Below, piece by piece: positions 20,140 through 29,955 of a DNA stretch of 64,000 nucleotides. The translations under genes were made by a program, and so were the position numbers. This DNA is from Desulfosudaceae bacterium (lineage in GTDB: Bacteria > Desulfobacterota > Desulfobacteria > Desulfobacterales > Desulfosudaceae): positions 2,464,001-2,528,000 of the forward strand of contig CAXXDV010000003.1 of the NCBI GenBank assembly GCA_963674745.2. Direction: 5' to 3'. Below the pieces are notes generated by a model. That model saw only the letters and a program-made list of their open reading frames with translations. It was not told the origin of the DNA and made no database searches. The first letter of the stretch is position 1. The number at the start of each line of letters is the position of its first letter.

Positions 20140-20895
20140 ATGACTCAACGTCGACCGCTCATTGCCGGGAACTGGAAAATGTTCAAAACCTGGCAGGAAG
20201 CGAAAAAAACGGCTGAACAGCTGGCTGAACGCGTGGCCGGAAAGACCGACCGGGATATCATGGTGGCACCGCAATCCACCGCGCTGGTACCGGTCTGCGA
20301 ATCATTGAAAAACACCAATATCGACGTCGGCGCCCAGAACCTGTTCTGGGAAGCCGAAGGTGCCTATACCGGAGAGATATCACCGGCCATGGTTACCGCC
20401 ACCGGTTGCCGGTATGTTATTATCGGCCATTCTGAACGCCGCCAGTACTTTGGTGAAACAGATGAGACCGTCAACAAGAAAATCAAAGCCGCCTGTTCGG
20501 CCGGACTCGTCCCTGTCATGTGTATCGGTGAAACCGAAGACGAGCGGGAAACAAAAAAAACCTTTTCCGTACTTGACAAACAGATTCAAAACGGGTTACA
20601 AGGCTTTGATTTAGACGAGTTAAAGGATCTGGTGCTGGCTTATGAGCCGGTCTGGGCGATCGGCACCGGCAAAACAGCCACCAGCAACCAGGCCCAGGAA
20701 GTTCACGCGTACGTCCGCAAGGCCATAGAGGCCCTGTTCGGCGCGTCCCTGGCGGATAGCATACGTATTCTGTACGGGGGCAGTGTAAAACCGGGCAACA
20801 TCGCGGAACTGATGCAAATGGAAGACATTGACGGCGCTCTGGTCGGCGGAGCCAGCCTGGACGCCGGTTCGTTTGCCGAAATTGTTAATTTTTGA
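20140..20895 (+). CDS. tpiA: Triosephosphate isomerase
   Basis: AGNWKM, GHSERR, AYEPVWAIGTG, VGGASL. Confidence 0.97.
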   Translation: MTQRRPLIAGNWKMFKTWQEAKKTAEQLAERVAGKTDRDIMVAPQSTALVPVCESLKNTNIDVGAQNLFWEAEGAYTGEISPAMVTATGCRYVIIGHSERRQYFGETDETVNKKIKAACSAGLVPVMCIGETEDERETKKTFSVLDKQIQNGLQGFDLDELKDLVLAYEPVWAIGTGKTATSNQAQEVHAYVRKAIEALFGASLADSIRILYGGSVKPGNIAELMQMEDIDGALVGGASLDAGSFAEIVNF

Positions 20896-20906
20896 CAGGA
20901 CGTTAA

Positions 20907-21254
20907 ATGAGTATATTGATAACCATAATCCACGTCATCGTCTGCATTCTGCTGATTGTCATCATCCTGCTCCAGGCGGGTAAAGGTGCCGGCATGGGAG
21001 CGGCATTCGGCGGAGGCGGCAGCCAGACGCTGTTCGGCAGTACCGGCGGCACGACCTTTTTAACCAAAATCACCACCGCCGTGGCCGTGATATTCATGCT
21101 GACCTGCCTCTCGCTGGCCTACATGTCGACCAATCAGCAGCCGAAGTCGATCGTGGCGGATGAGCCTGCTCCGGTAAGCCAGCCGGCCGAAGAAACCCCG
21201 GCCGCGCCCGCGGCAACGCCGGCCCCGGAAACCCCGGCTCAGCCATCAGAATAG
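20907..21254 (+). CDS. secG: Preprotein translocase SecG
   Basis: ILLQ.GKG.G..FGGG.SQT.FG, two TM helices, Pro/Ala tail. Confidence 0.93.
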   Translation: MSILITIIHVIVCILLIVIILLQAGKGAGMGAAFGGGGSQTLFGSTGGTTFLTKITTAVAVIFMLTCLSLAYMSTNQQPKSIVADEPAPVSQPAEETPAAPAATPAPETPAQPSE

Positions 21255-21263
21255 TCCCTTTGT

Positions 21264-21349
21264 GCCGAAGTGGTGGAACTTGGTAGACACGCTATCTTGA
21301 GGGGGTAGTGGGGCGACCCGTGCCGGTTCAAGTCCGGCCTTCGGCACCA
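21264..21349 (+). tRNA. tRNA-Leu (GAG)
   Basis: GCCGAAG...CTTCGGC-ACCA acceptor stem, anticodon arm CTATC-TTGAGGG-GGTAG, long variable arm, GGTTCAAGTCC T-arm. Confidence 0.95.
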
Positions 21350-21397
21350 TCATTTTTTTAATTATTTCAAATATCTATAATTCAGAAGCAACATTAA

Positions 21398-21427
21398 AGG
21401 GGACATAAAAGTGTCCCCTATTTTTTT
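21398..21427 (+). terminator. Intrinsic terminator after tRNA-Leu
   Basis: AGGGGACA-TAAAAG-TGTCCCCT followed by a T7 tract. Confidence 0.7.
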
Positions 21428-21570
21428 CTCGACACCAAGCAAAATACTGTTTAATTACAAAATATTACAGTGACTACAGAAAAGATATCGAGTCGCTTTT
21501 GTGAGCTCCAGTATCCATAACATTAGCTTCGGCACCGCATTTCCCCGTTATTATAACAAACTCTTTTAAA

Positions 21571-22749
21571 TCAAGCACTTTCAGATGCACGAACAGGAAG
21601 GAATGCTTGTATGAGGGATTTTCGAGCCCGCACCTTTCCACGTCTTCGCTCAACGAGATTCATTTTTGCCAAGGCATTTAGGTCACGCTGGAGCATCCTA
21701 TCTCCGGCTGTGGCATATAGCCTGGCAAGTGCCGGTGAGAGTTCATCAATTTCAGACACGTTAACCCAGTCATGACGTGAAAGCTCCAGCACGAGATCCC
21801 GCCGTCTTTTCTGAGTTGGAGAAGTCCTCTTCTCTTGAAAAGTTTCGTGGACGTAATTTTCCCAAGCAACGCTCATTTGATGTTGTCGAACGCCTTCAAT
21901 TTGTTCCCGCAGCCCGTCCAGAAATCCCTGAACGGCATACTTGATGAACGGCATAAGATCTCCACCCGCTTTACTTGTACGATCCAGTTCACGGTAATAT
22001 TTGGTTCTAGTCCTGTTGTAATGGTCACTAAGCAGATGAGCAGCAGGAAGCGGCAGGCCGCTCGAAAAGAGGATATGAAATTCTACCAGTCTCGCCGTTC
22101 GGCCATTACCGTCTCCAAAAGGATGAATCCAGGCCAGGTAGACATGTGCAACAATGGCTTTTATCAGTGCATACGGAATAATAAGTTCATCGTCAGGAGG
22201 GATGAAATCATCTCCATCCAGCCATTCACATAATTGTCCAAGAAGATAATCACAGTCTTCAGCGGGAGCGCCTCGATAGACATTCCCAACGACAACAGAA
22301 TGTCTTCTCAATTGCCCGGGCACTACGCCCTCATCAAGTTCCAATTTATGCAAAATCTGTTCGTTATATGACTCTATCTGCTTTTTACATAATCCGCCTT
22401 TGGTTAAAGTGTTGTTCATCAGGTTCTGTACTTCTGCGTTACAGACGGAGATAATGTTGTCTACTTCCTGTTTGAGGTATTCCTGCGAAGGAGGGAGTTG
22501 GAGCTTTCCCTCAAGATGCATTTGAACCTGCTCTTCACTGAGGGTATTACCTTCAATAGCGGTAGTCGCAAGAACACCTTTAGCCAAAAACACATGGTTG
22601 AGTTCCTTTGCAAATGCAGGCCGCAAAGGTATTCCAGACAGGTGCTCGCATTTTGATGTTATCTCACCCAATTGTAGCCACAGTCGGAAATCCGAGACAT
22701 CTACATTGAGTGAAAATCGAAGCCATGGATGTGTAGTTTTGTACTTCAT
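21571..22749 (-). CDS. Fic family protein with C-terminal HTH
   Basis: HPFGDGNGRTAR catalytic motif; TTAIEGN inhibitory-helix motif. Confidence 0.92.
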   Translation of the reverse strand: MKYKTTHPWLRFSLNVDVSDFRLWLQLGEITSKCEHLSGIPLRPAFAKELNHVFLAKGVLATTAIEGNTLSEEQVQMHLEGKLQLPPSQEYLKQEVDNIISVCNAEVQNLMNNTLTKGGLCKKQIESYNEQILHKLELDEGVVPGQLRRHSVVVGNVYRGAPAEDCDYLLGQLCEWLDGDDFIPPDDELIIPYALIKAIVAHVYLAWIHPFGDGNGRTARLVEFHILFSSGLPLPAAHLLSDHYNRTRTKYYRELDRTSKAGGDLMPFIKYAVQGFLDGLREQIEGVRQHQMSVAWENYVHETFQEKRTSPTQKRRRDLVLELSRHDWVNVSEIDELSPALARLYATAGDRMLQRDLNALAKMNLVERRRGKVRARKSLIQAFLPVRASESA

Positions 22750-23135
22750 AGCGTTAAATATAGACGATACACAGCCAATGTCAAGAATAATATTGCCGTA
22801 AATTGACTATTTATTATGACGTATATATAGAGACATTTAGTGACGGTATAAATATAAACAATAACATTCTAATATTAATTATAAATCATATTACTTTATA
22901 TGAGAATCAGCGTCTTATTAGTGATTTAATAAACACTATTTTCGATCTGAGTGGTAAGGGCTAACGAAGAAACGCCTAAAATATATTATGACCTGCCCCC
23001 AAGCCATACCCCGCTTGTGGTGAGAACTCTAATCCTACTTCCACGCTGCTGAACGATCACGTCCGGCATAGGGTAGTGTTTTACATTCAAGGCCTTAAAT
23101 TTTCAATCGGAGTAAAACAATATTCTTGAAAAAAA

Positions 23136-23309
23136 TATGCGGTAATATGCGATTATGCTGCCAGGGTGGTACAAAAACGCGTTTAATGTTTGAAAAACTC
23201 ACTTTAATTATACTAATTTATTGTTATCATTACATATTTTGATAATCCGGTCTTCGGCACCATTTTTATACAATATAAACAAGGAGTTATCCGTAAGGAT
23301 ACTCCTTTT
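23136..23309 (+). repeat. Direct repeat copy 1 (~170 bp) containing tRNA-Leu 3'-end att core at 23246-23262
   Basis: TATGCGGTAATATGCGATTATGC...TCCGGTCTTCGGCACCA...TATACAATATAAACAA; diverged copy at 25078-25250. Confidence 0.88.
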
Positions 23310-23319
23310 ACATCAGAGT

Positions 23320-23561
23320 CCATCACCATCCCAAAATCATGTTCTTTCCAGGGGTCATTATCAGGCGTAAAAACATCAAAGTTCCGGACCGCTGAAAGAA
23401 CCCGGTGAAAGGTTTGCTCGTCAAGATTTCTACCCCCCCCCTGTGTGAGCATCACCCTGCCCCCTTGAAACGTTTTTCTTAACTGGTCATTTAGAGATGC
23501 AATTGCTCTATGTTTCGGTTCCTTTTCCGGCCGATCAAAAGATTCATTTGGTTTTTTCCAT
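23320..23561 (-). pseudogene. DUF3768-like fragment
   Basis: IASLNDQLRKTFQGGRVMLTQG...VRNFDVFTPDNDPWKEHDFG; start appears frameshifted and the 3' end runs into the att repeat. Confidence 0.65.
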
Positions 23562-23658
23562 AAAGATTAAAAAAATGTTAAAAAACTGATCATCTGCATG
23601 AAACAGGTGGGGCACTATTGGACGCCTATAGCGGGTCAATTTTAAATGCCGATTGACA

Positions 23659-24882
23659 TCAAAGTTCTGAAAATGGCAGGGCTGAAACATTAGGGCCAAG
23701 TGGAAGGGTTGTATCTCCCGGGTGAATAACATATCCTGGTCCAGCCGTCGGCTCAAAATCTTTTTGAAATATTTTTATAGCCGACGCCATTGCCGGACGA
23801 GGTGTAGCAGACAGCTTAACTTCAATGGGTATAAGCCGTCCACCGGTATCCACCACAAGATCCACTTCTGTACCGGCTGTTGTTCTCCAGAAGTAAGTCT
23901 GTGGCTGAATTCCCTGATGCGTTAATGTTTTTATGACTTCAGAGATTACTGCGGTTTCCATGATCGCGCCGCCCATGGGACCGGTGGCCGCATGTTCCGG
24001 GTCTTTCAGTCCGACCAGATAGCAGAGTGTACCCACATCTGTAAAATAGACCTTTGGGGTCTTGACAAGCCTTTTTCCTACATTGGCATAGTAAGGGCGA
24101 AGCACAATTACCTGATAGGTCGCTTCGAGGACTGAGAGCCATGCCTTGGCTGTATTAACGGCAACACCAAGATCCCTGGCGATATCGGTCATATTCAGCA
24201 ACTGGGCGCTTCTGGCAGCCAGTGCCCTGAGAAAACTCTGAAACTGGGATAGATCGCCGACCTGCCTGAGCGTGCGGATGTCCCGCTCCAAATAAGTTTG
24301 AACGTAACTGGCATGCCAAAGATGAGTATCCCGACGGGGCTGGACGTTCAGTTCCGGATAATATCCCCTGAGAAAACATTTCCAGAGTTTGCGGTATGAC
24401 GTTTTTGATGAACCTGGAGGAGAAGATTTGGTTTCCCACGTTAAAGAACGTTCAGGCCGCGCTTCCGTTTCTCGTCGTGAAAATGGTAGAAGCCGCAATA
24501 TGGCGGCACGTCCGGCAAGCGATTCCGTCACTTGCTCCATAAGCAAAATATTCTGTGAGCCTGTCAGTAAATATTGACCGGCCCTATTTCGGTCGGCATC
24601 GATTTTTTCTTTTATGTATGGAAGCAGATCAGGAGCGTTTTGTATCTCATCGAAAATCACGGGAGGTGGATACATCTTCAGAAAAGCACGTGGATCTTCC
24701 CTGGCAGAGATTCCCACATCTGGTGGCTCAAGAGAAATATACTGGTATTGCTTGCCGAACAAATGTTGAAATAACGTTGTTTTTCCTGATTGACGCGGCC
24801 CGGTGAGAACTACTGCGGGAAATTCAGTGGCTGCGTTCTTAATGATCGGCTCCAGAGATCGTTTTATGTATGCTTGGCCCAT
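23659..24882 (-). CDS. AAA+ ATPase (AAA_14 + DUF4143)
   Basis: GPRQSGKTT, DEIQ, TYLERD, KTPKVYFTDVG, EVD...IEVK nuclease-like tail. Confidence 0.9.
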   Translation of the reverse strand: MGQAYIKRSLEPIIKNAATEFPAVVLTGPRQSGKTTLFQHLFGKQYQYISLEPPDVGISAREDPRAFLKMYPPPVIFDEIQNAPDLLPYIKEKIDADRNRAGQYLLTGSQNILLMEQVTESLAGRAAILRLLPFSRRETEARPERSLTWETKSSPPGSSKTSYRKLWKCFLRGYYPELNVQPRRDTHLWHASYVQTYLERDIRTLRQVGDLSQFQSFLRALAARSAQLLNMTDIARDLGVAVNTAKAWLSVLEATYQVIVLRPYYANVGKRLVKTPKVYFTDVGTLCYLVGLKDPEHAATGPMGGAIMETAVISEVIKTLTHQGIQPQTYFWRTTAGTEVDLVVDTGGRLIPIEVKLSATPRPAMASAIKIFQKDFEPTAGPGYVIHPGDTTLPLGPNVSALPFSEL

Positions 24883-25077
24883 TTTTTTCCTTTCGCATAC
24901 TTGATATTATGCATTTAAAATGCACAATATCAAGTAAAAATGTCCTCGCATAGTATTTAGGTGCCGCTATTTGAGAAAAAAAAGGATCCTGTGTGGCGAA
25001 AACCTTGCGCATACAGTCAACATAGAGAATATCATTATATCGATAGCTTATTACAAATCATGGGTACAATCTAAAAT

Positions 25078-25250
25078 TATGCGGTAATATGCGATTATGC
25101 GGCCAGGGTTGAACAAAAACTCGTTTAATGCTCGAAAAACCCGTCTTAATCACAGCAAATTTTTGTTATTACTATGTATTTTTATAATCCGGCCTTCGGC
25201 ACCAATTTTATACAATATAAACAAATAGTTATCAGTAAAGATGCGCCTTG
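25078..25250 (+). repeat. Direct repeat copy 2 containing exact 17-bp tRNA-Leu 3' end at 25188-25204
   Basis: TCCGGCCTTCGGCACCA identical to 21333-21349. Confidence 0.88.
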
Positions 25251-25389
25251 TTTTTGTTTCCCGGATGTTTCCCACTCCGAAATACCCCTTTAGGGTTTCC
25301 AAAAAACCATCAATTCAGCAACCGAAAAACGCCATTTCGCTGCGGCACTGTTTTCAGGGAGGGTTACACTTGAACCAACCCCCCAATTT

Positions 25390-25693
25390 TTAGCCCGAAT
25401 ATTTCACGCGTCGATTTGGCCCTTGGCCGCCTGGCCACACCCGCAAGGCGCAGGACGCGAAGCTGTAGTGAATCTAATGCGAGCAGCCTGCAACACAACG
25501 GATGGAGCCAAGGGCTCGGGGTCAAGGTGACTCGCCCGAAGGGTGAAAATTCTCGACATACAATTGGCGTAAAATTCATCAATCTGCTCATGACAATTTG
25601 TATTTTCAAAAAACGTCACCTTTTTTTGCAACAGTCTGTCTTTGATATAGATTTTTATCCATGTCGAAAATTTTCATGAAATATCCGGGTTAG
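25390..25693. mobile_element. MITE-like non-autonomous element
   Basis: Imperfect terminal inverted repeats TTAGCCCGAATATTTCACG / CATGAAATATCCGGGTTAG; no credible ORF inside. Confidence 0.55.
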
Positions 25694-25721
25694 AGGCACC
25701 CTTAATGTCTGCATCCATTTT

Positions 25722-25778
25722 TTCACAAAATGTCAAATCATATTCACATATGATCAATACATAGGTATTAAATATGGT
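25722..25778 (+). promoter_or_regulatory. Conserved island promoter/operator, copy 1
   Basis: TTCACAAAATGTCAAATCATA-TTCACATATGATCAATAC...TATGGT; 21-bp tandem repeat, -10-like hexamer at +51. Confidence 0.8.
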
Positions 25779-25868
25779 TTACGCTATTTATTCAAAGGGC
25801 CCTTTTTTCCCCTTTTTGAGAACTTCTGTCATGTGCTATTTTCTTTACAACCTGTTTTGAGGAAAACG

Positions 25869-26129
25869 ATGGAATATCAATCAAAGGCAACAGACCTTAT
25901 CAGAAACCGCTGTTCCTGGCGCAGTTTTGGCAGCAGGGCCGTAGAAACGGAAAAAAGAAAGAAACCGGCCGGCAGTGCGGATATGCAGCGCCTTGATATG
26001 GGGATCGCAATGTGTCATTTTGAGCTTGCCGCAGAAGAAGTGAACCTTGAGGGGGAATGGATCGAAACAAAACCGGCTTTGGCATTGCCCAAAAGATGCG
26101 AATATCTGGTGAGCTGGAAGGAAAATTGA
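25869..26129 (+). pseudogene. Internally deleted nitroreductase-family gene
   Basis: N-terminal LIRNRCSWRSF joined almost directly to C-terminal DMQRLDMGIAMCHFELAA; 86 aa, centre missing. Confidence 0.7.
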
Positions 26130-26168
26130 GCAGTACGGCAACAATGCCTGAACTTCGGGAGGAAAAAA

Positions 26169-28565
26169 ATGGCTTTAGAAAAAAAACATGTCGTCTGCAG
26201 CATGTGTGATCAGGCCTGCAGCCTGGAAGCCCATGTCAGGGACGGACGATTGGAAAAACTACGCGGGTTTTCAGACCACCTGATGATGCCCAAAACCATT
26301 TGCTGCAAACCGGTCTATGCCGCTGAATGGTATTACAATGAACACCGCCTGAAATATCCCTTGAAACGAACCGGAGAAAGAGGCAGCGGCCAGTGGACCC
26401 GCATCAGCTGGGACCAGGCCATGGATGAAATCGCGGCAAAGCTTCAAAAGGTGGTTGATCAACATGGGCCGGAAGCTTTTGCCTGCTCCACCTCGGATCA
26501 TAATCTCCAGATGGGCAGCGGCATGGTCCGGCGGTTCATGAACCTTTTGGGAAGCCCGAATTACATCAGCGGCGTAAGCCTTTGCCAGGGCAATACGGCT
26601 GCCGTCAACAGCATGACCTGCGGCGGTTATCCTTTTCCGGATTATGAACAGACCCGCTGTATGGTATTTTTCGGGCATAATCTCCGGCCGAATTCCTGGG
26701 CCGGCGAATACTATCGTCTGAAAGCGGCCAGGGCCAGAGGCGCCAGGCTGATTGTTCTGGACCCGAGAAAGAGTCATTGCGCTAAAATGGCCGACATTCA
26801 TCTGCCTTTGCGGGCAGGCACAGACGCGGCCATGTGCCTGGGCTGGATCAACGTTATTATTGAAGAAGAGCTGTACGAAAAGAAATTCGTATCCCGCTGG
26901 TGTGTGGGTTTTGATGAACTCAAAGAACGGGCCAAAGAATACCCGCTGGATCGGGTGTCCCAAATCACGGGGGTTCCCGCGAACCTGATCCGTGAGGCCG
27001 CCATCATGTATGCCACCAACACGCCGGCCATTATTCCCTGGACATGTGCTACCGACCAGCAGCTGAACAGCACTTCCGCCCTGCGCTGCCAGGCCATACT
27101 GCGGGCATTGACCAACAGCCTGAATGTTCCCGGAGGGGACGTCCTGGTCGACCCCAACAAGATGATCATATCCGAGTCGGAACTGGAACTCCACGAACGG
27201 CTGCCCCAGGAAAAAAAAGACCTGCAGCTGGGGGCAAAGGATTATCCGGTCATGACCTATTGGGGGCAGCAGGCCTTAAACGAGCCCCGGCGCAGGGTAT
27301 GGGGCCATCCCTACCGGAACCTGATGAAAGGCATGTACATGGCCCACCCTCCGGCTGTATTTAAAGCCATGCGGGAGGGCGTTCCCTACCCGGTAAAAGC
27401 CCTTTTCTCCATCGCCAACAACACCCTCATGTGCTACACCAACCAGCAGGGCATTTTCGAGGCCATTAAGAATCTTGACCTGTTTGTGGTCAATGACCTG
27501 TTCATGACGCCCACCGCCCAAATGGCCGACTACGTGCTTCCAGGCGACTGTTTTCTGGAACGGCCTGTCCTGTACAATTATCAGGAGTGGCTCAGTACCT
27601 ATTCGAGTTTCGAAAAAGCCGTTGAACCACCCGGTGAGTGCAGGGATGTGTATTATTTCCTGCGCGAACTGGCCGTGCGTATGGGCATGGAAGAACACTT
27701 CCCCTGGAAGAACGTTGAAGAACTTTACGAATGCCGGATCTCCGGGACCGGGCTTACCTGGAAGGCGCTTTCAAAAAACCTTCCTTTTCTAACGGCACCC
27801 GCTCCTCCAATGCCTCCCGGCGCAATGAAGCTTACCCTGAAACTCTTTTCCAAAATGGGCCTTTTGCCGTTATTAAGAAACGGTATGACTTCCATGTTGC
27901 GCCAACACCAGAAAACCCGGGAGTTTTTTGAACGCCGCGGCATGAAACGTATGGCCCGCCTTTTCAGGGATAATTTTGTGCTCGTTCCCTACCCGCACGA
28001 AAAACGGGGCTTTGCCACCCCCAGCGGGAAAGTGGAGCTGTATTCCAGTGTTTTGGAATCCATTGGCTGCGACCCGCTTCCCTACTGGAAGGAGATTTAT
28101 CCCCCGGACGAAAACCCGTCGGAAGAAGAATATCCGCTCCGCCTTTTTGTCGGCCTGCGTGAAGATGGATATTTTCTCTCTGCCGGACGCCATGTCAAAA
28201 AACTGCGCCAACGCAACCCCGAACCACAGGCCATGATGAATACCCAAACCGCCCGAAAATCCGGCATCAATGATGGTGACTGGATTTATGTGGAAACCGA
28301 CTGGGGCAGGACAAAAATGAAAGCACAGCTGAGCGAGGACATACAAAAGGACCTGGTCGGGGTCCGCCACGGATGGTGGAAGCCGGAAATGGCCCCTGGC
28401 ACCCCTGAACTCTGCGGGGCCTGGGATTACTCGGACGGCGTCCTGCTAAACGATGATCCGGCGTTTTTTGACCCGGAACAGGGCCTGCCCGACCTGCGCG
28501 GCGCCAGGAAGTGCCGGGTAATGCCGATGGAAAATTTGCCTGAAAAAGAGGAACAGCAGGCGTAA
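26169..28565 (+). CDS. Acetylene hydratase-like W/Mo-bisPGD enzyme (DMSO reductase family)
   Basis: KKHVVCSMCDQAC...ICCK [4Fe-4S] motif, RRFMNLLGSPN...CQGNTA, ATPSGKVELYSS, GLRED, DPEQGLPDLRG closely track the Pelobacter acetylenicus acetylene hydratase sequence as recalled; no Tat signal. Confidence 0.82.
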   Translation: MALEKKHVVCSMCDQACSLEAHVRDGRLEKLRGFSDHLMMPKTICCKPVYAAEWYYNEHRLKYPLKRTGERGSGQWTRISWDQAMDEIAAKLQKVVDQHGPEAFACSTSDHNLQMGSGMVRRFMNLLGSPNYISGVSLCQGNTAAVNSMTCGGYPFPDYEQTRCMVFFGHNLRPNSWAGEYYRLKAARARGARLIVLDPRKSHCAKMADIHLPLRAGTDAAMCLGWINVIIEEELYEKKFVSRWCVGFDELKERAKEYPLDRVSQITGVPANLIREAAIMYATNTPAIIPWTCATDQQLNSTSALRCQAILRALTNSLNVPGGDVLVDPNKMIISESELELHERLPQEKKDLQLGAKDYPVMTYWGQQALNEPRRRVWGHPYRNLMKGMYMAHPPAVFKAMREGVPYPVKALFSIANNTLMCYTNQQGIFEAIKNLDLFVVNDLFMTPTAQMADYVLPGDCFLERPVLYNYQEWLSTYSSFEKAVEPPGECRDVYYFLRELAVRMGMEEHFPWKNVEELYECRISGTGLTWKALSKNLPFLTAPAPPMPPGAMKLTLKLFSKMGLLPLLRNGMTSMLRQHQKTREFFERRGMKRMARLFRDNFVLVPYPHEKRGFATPSGKVELYSSVLESIGCDPLPYWKEIYPPDENPSEEEYPLRLFVGLREDGYFLSAGRHVKKLRQRNPEPQAMMNTQTARKSGINDGDWIYVETDWGRTKMKAQLSEDIQKDLVGVRHGWWKPEMAPGTPELCGAWDYSDGVLLNDDPAFFDPEQGLPDLRGARKCRVMPMENLPEKEEQQA

Positions 28566-28585
28566 ACATTTTTTTGGAGGCGTCC

Positions 28586-29401
28586 ATGACCCAGCGCTTT
28601 AAAGATAAAACAACCATAATTACCGGCGCGTCTTCAGGGATTGGCGCGTCTGCCGCCAGGCAGTTTATCATAGAGGGTGCCAATGTTGCCCTTATTGCCC
28701 GCAACAAAGACAATCTTGATAAAATAGTTGAGCAAATGGGCAGTGAAAAGGCCATTGCCATTTCTGCGGACGTCACGGATCTTGATAAAATGTCAGCCGT
28801 TCTTCAACAGGTGAAAAAACATTTCGGCGCCATTCACATACTGGTCAATAACGCCGGCTTCAACTCCAGGGGTCCGATAGACACCCGGCCGCTGGATGAA
28901 GTGCTGCACATAGTTGACCTGAACTTAAGGTCACCGATAGCGCTTACCAGGCTTGTACTGCCGCTAATAAAAGAAGCCGGAGCCGGAGCCGTGGTAAATG
29001 TCGCTTCGCTGGCGGGTCGATATCCCCTGCCGGATGAGGCGACCTACAGTGCAACAAAATTCGGGTTAAGGGCCTTTACCTATGCCCTGGCAGAAGAAAA
29101 CAGGGGGACAGGGGTGACGGTTTCCGTTGTCTCTCCCGGCCCGGTAGATACAGGGTTTATTATGGAAGATATTGATGACGTTCCGGACCTTGTTTTTTCA
29201 CAACCCATGAGTTCCCCCGAACAGATCGCCGCTGCTATTCTGGATTGCGCCTGTGACGGGAAGGTGGAAAGGGCAATACCCAGGTTAAGCGGTTATTTAA
29301 CCACAGCAGGTTATCTCTTTCCCGGCCTTCAGCGAAAGTTAAGGCCTATATTAAAAAGGAAAGGGCGTAAAAACAAGTTGAGATATAAGGCCAGGGCTTA
29401 A
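28586..29401 (+). CDS. SDR oxidoreductase
   Basis: TGASSGIG, NNAG, YSATK; ATG 28586 after GGAGG. Confidence 0.9.
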   Translation: MTQRFKDKTTIITGASSGIGASAARQFIIEGANVALIARNKDNLDKIVEQMGSEKAIAISADVTDLDKMSAVLQQVKKHFGAIHILVNNAGFNSRGPIDTRPLDEVLHIVDLNLRSPIALTRLVLPLIKEAGAGAVVNVASLAGRYPLPDEATYSATKFGLRAFTYALAEENRGTGVTVSVVSPGPVDTGFIMEDIDDVPDLVFSQPMSSPEQIAAAILDCACDGKVERAIPRLSGYLTTAGYLFPGLQRKLRPILKRKGRKNKLRYKARA

Positions 29402-29480
29402 TTATGGTTTACGTTGTTTGTTCAAATGCCCTTTCTTTTTAAACATTTACCCTTATCCTTTAAAAAAGTGTGGTTGAGTA

Positions 29481-29675
29481 ATGAACGCAGACAGCCTTAA
29501 CGGGTTGGTGGCTATTTTGCCGACACCATTTACCGATGACGGTAAAATCGACGAAAACGGTTTAAAGCGACTGGTCAGAGCCGCCATTAAGAAACAGCTT
29601 GATGGTGTTGTCGTTCTGGGAAGTAATGTAGCGTTTCCCTTGGCGGAGCCGCAATACATATGGAACCCGCTGTGA
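29481..29675 (+). pseudogene. Truncated 5' duplicate of the DapA-like aldolase gene
   Basis: 29479-29640 is nearly identical to 30341-30502, then diverges. Confidence 0.85.
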
Positions 29676-29766
29676 TGTCGGAACGACCAAGGAGAACGAA
29701 TATGATTGATTTTTGTAGTGGAAACAGCTATAAAGGCAATATGAAAAGGGTTTTACGGGGGTCGAC

Positions 29767-29955
29767 ATGAACATCAACAGAACAGTTAATAAATATAAGC
29801 TGGAAGAACAGCCCAGCGATTTCGCTTTCTGGCAAACCCGGCCATGCCAGGAACGAATTGCCGCTCTGGAAGAGATCCGCCGGGATTATCATGCCTGGAA
29901 ATACCATGTTGAGCCGGGATTTCATAGAGTTTATCGAATCGTTAAACAGTCATAG
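29767..29955 (+). CDS. Small hypothetical protein overlapping a nucleotidyltransferase gene (TA-like partner)
   Basis: 62 aa, D..FW......ERI.ALE.IR pattern; overlaps the next ORF. Confidence 0.6.
   Translation: MNINRTVNKYKLEEQPSDFAFWQTRPCQERIAALEEIRRDYHAWKYHVEPGFHRVYRIVKQS

Noticed and set aside
19124..20895. No pgk between gap and tpiA; no pilS beside pilR
   Set aside because: No deletion scar (11-bp spacer with RBS); these genes are probably elsewhere in the genome.
21350..25400. Prophage or ICE at tRNA-Leu
   Set aside because: No integrase, phage structural or conjugation genes visible.
26271..27194. 307-aa minus-strand ORF (and similar ones at 17176-17892 and 51097-51813)
   Set aside because: Antisense shadows of well-supported genes.
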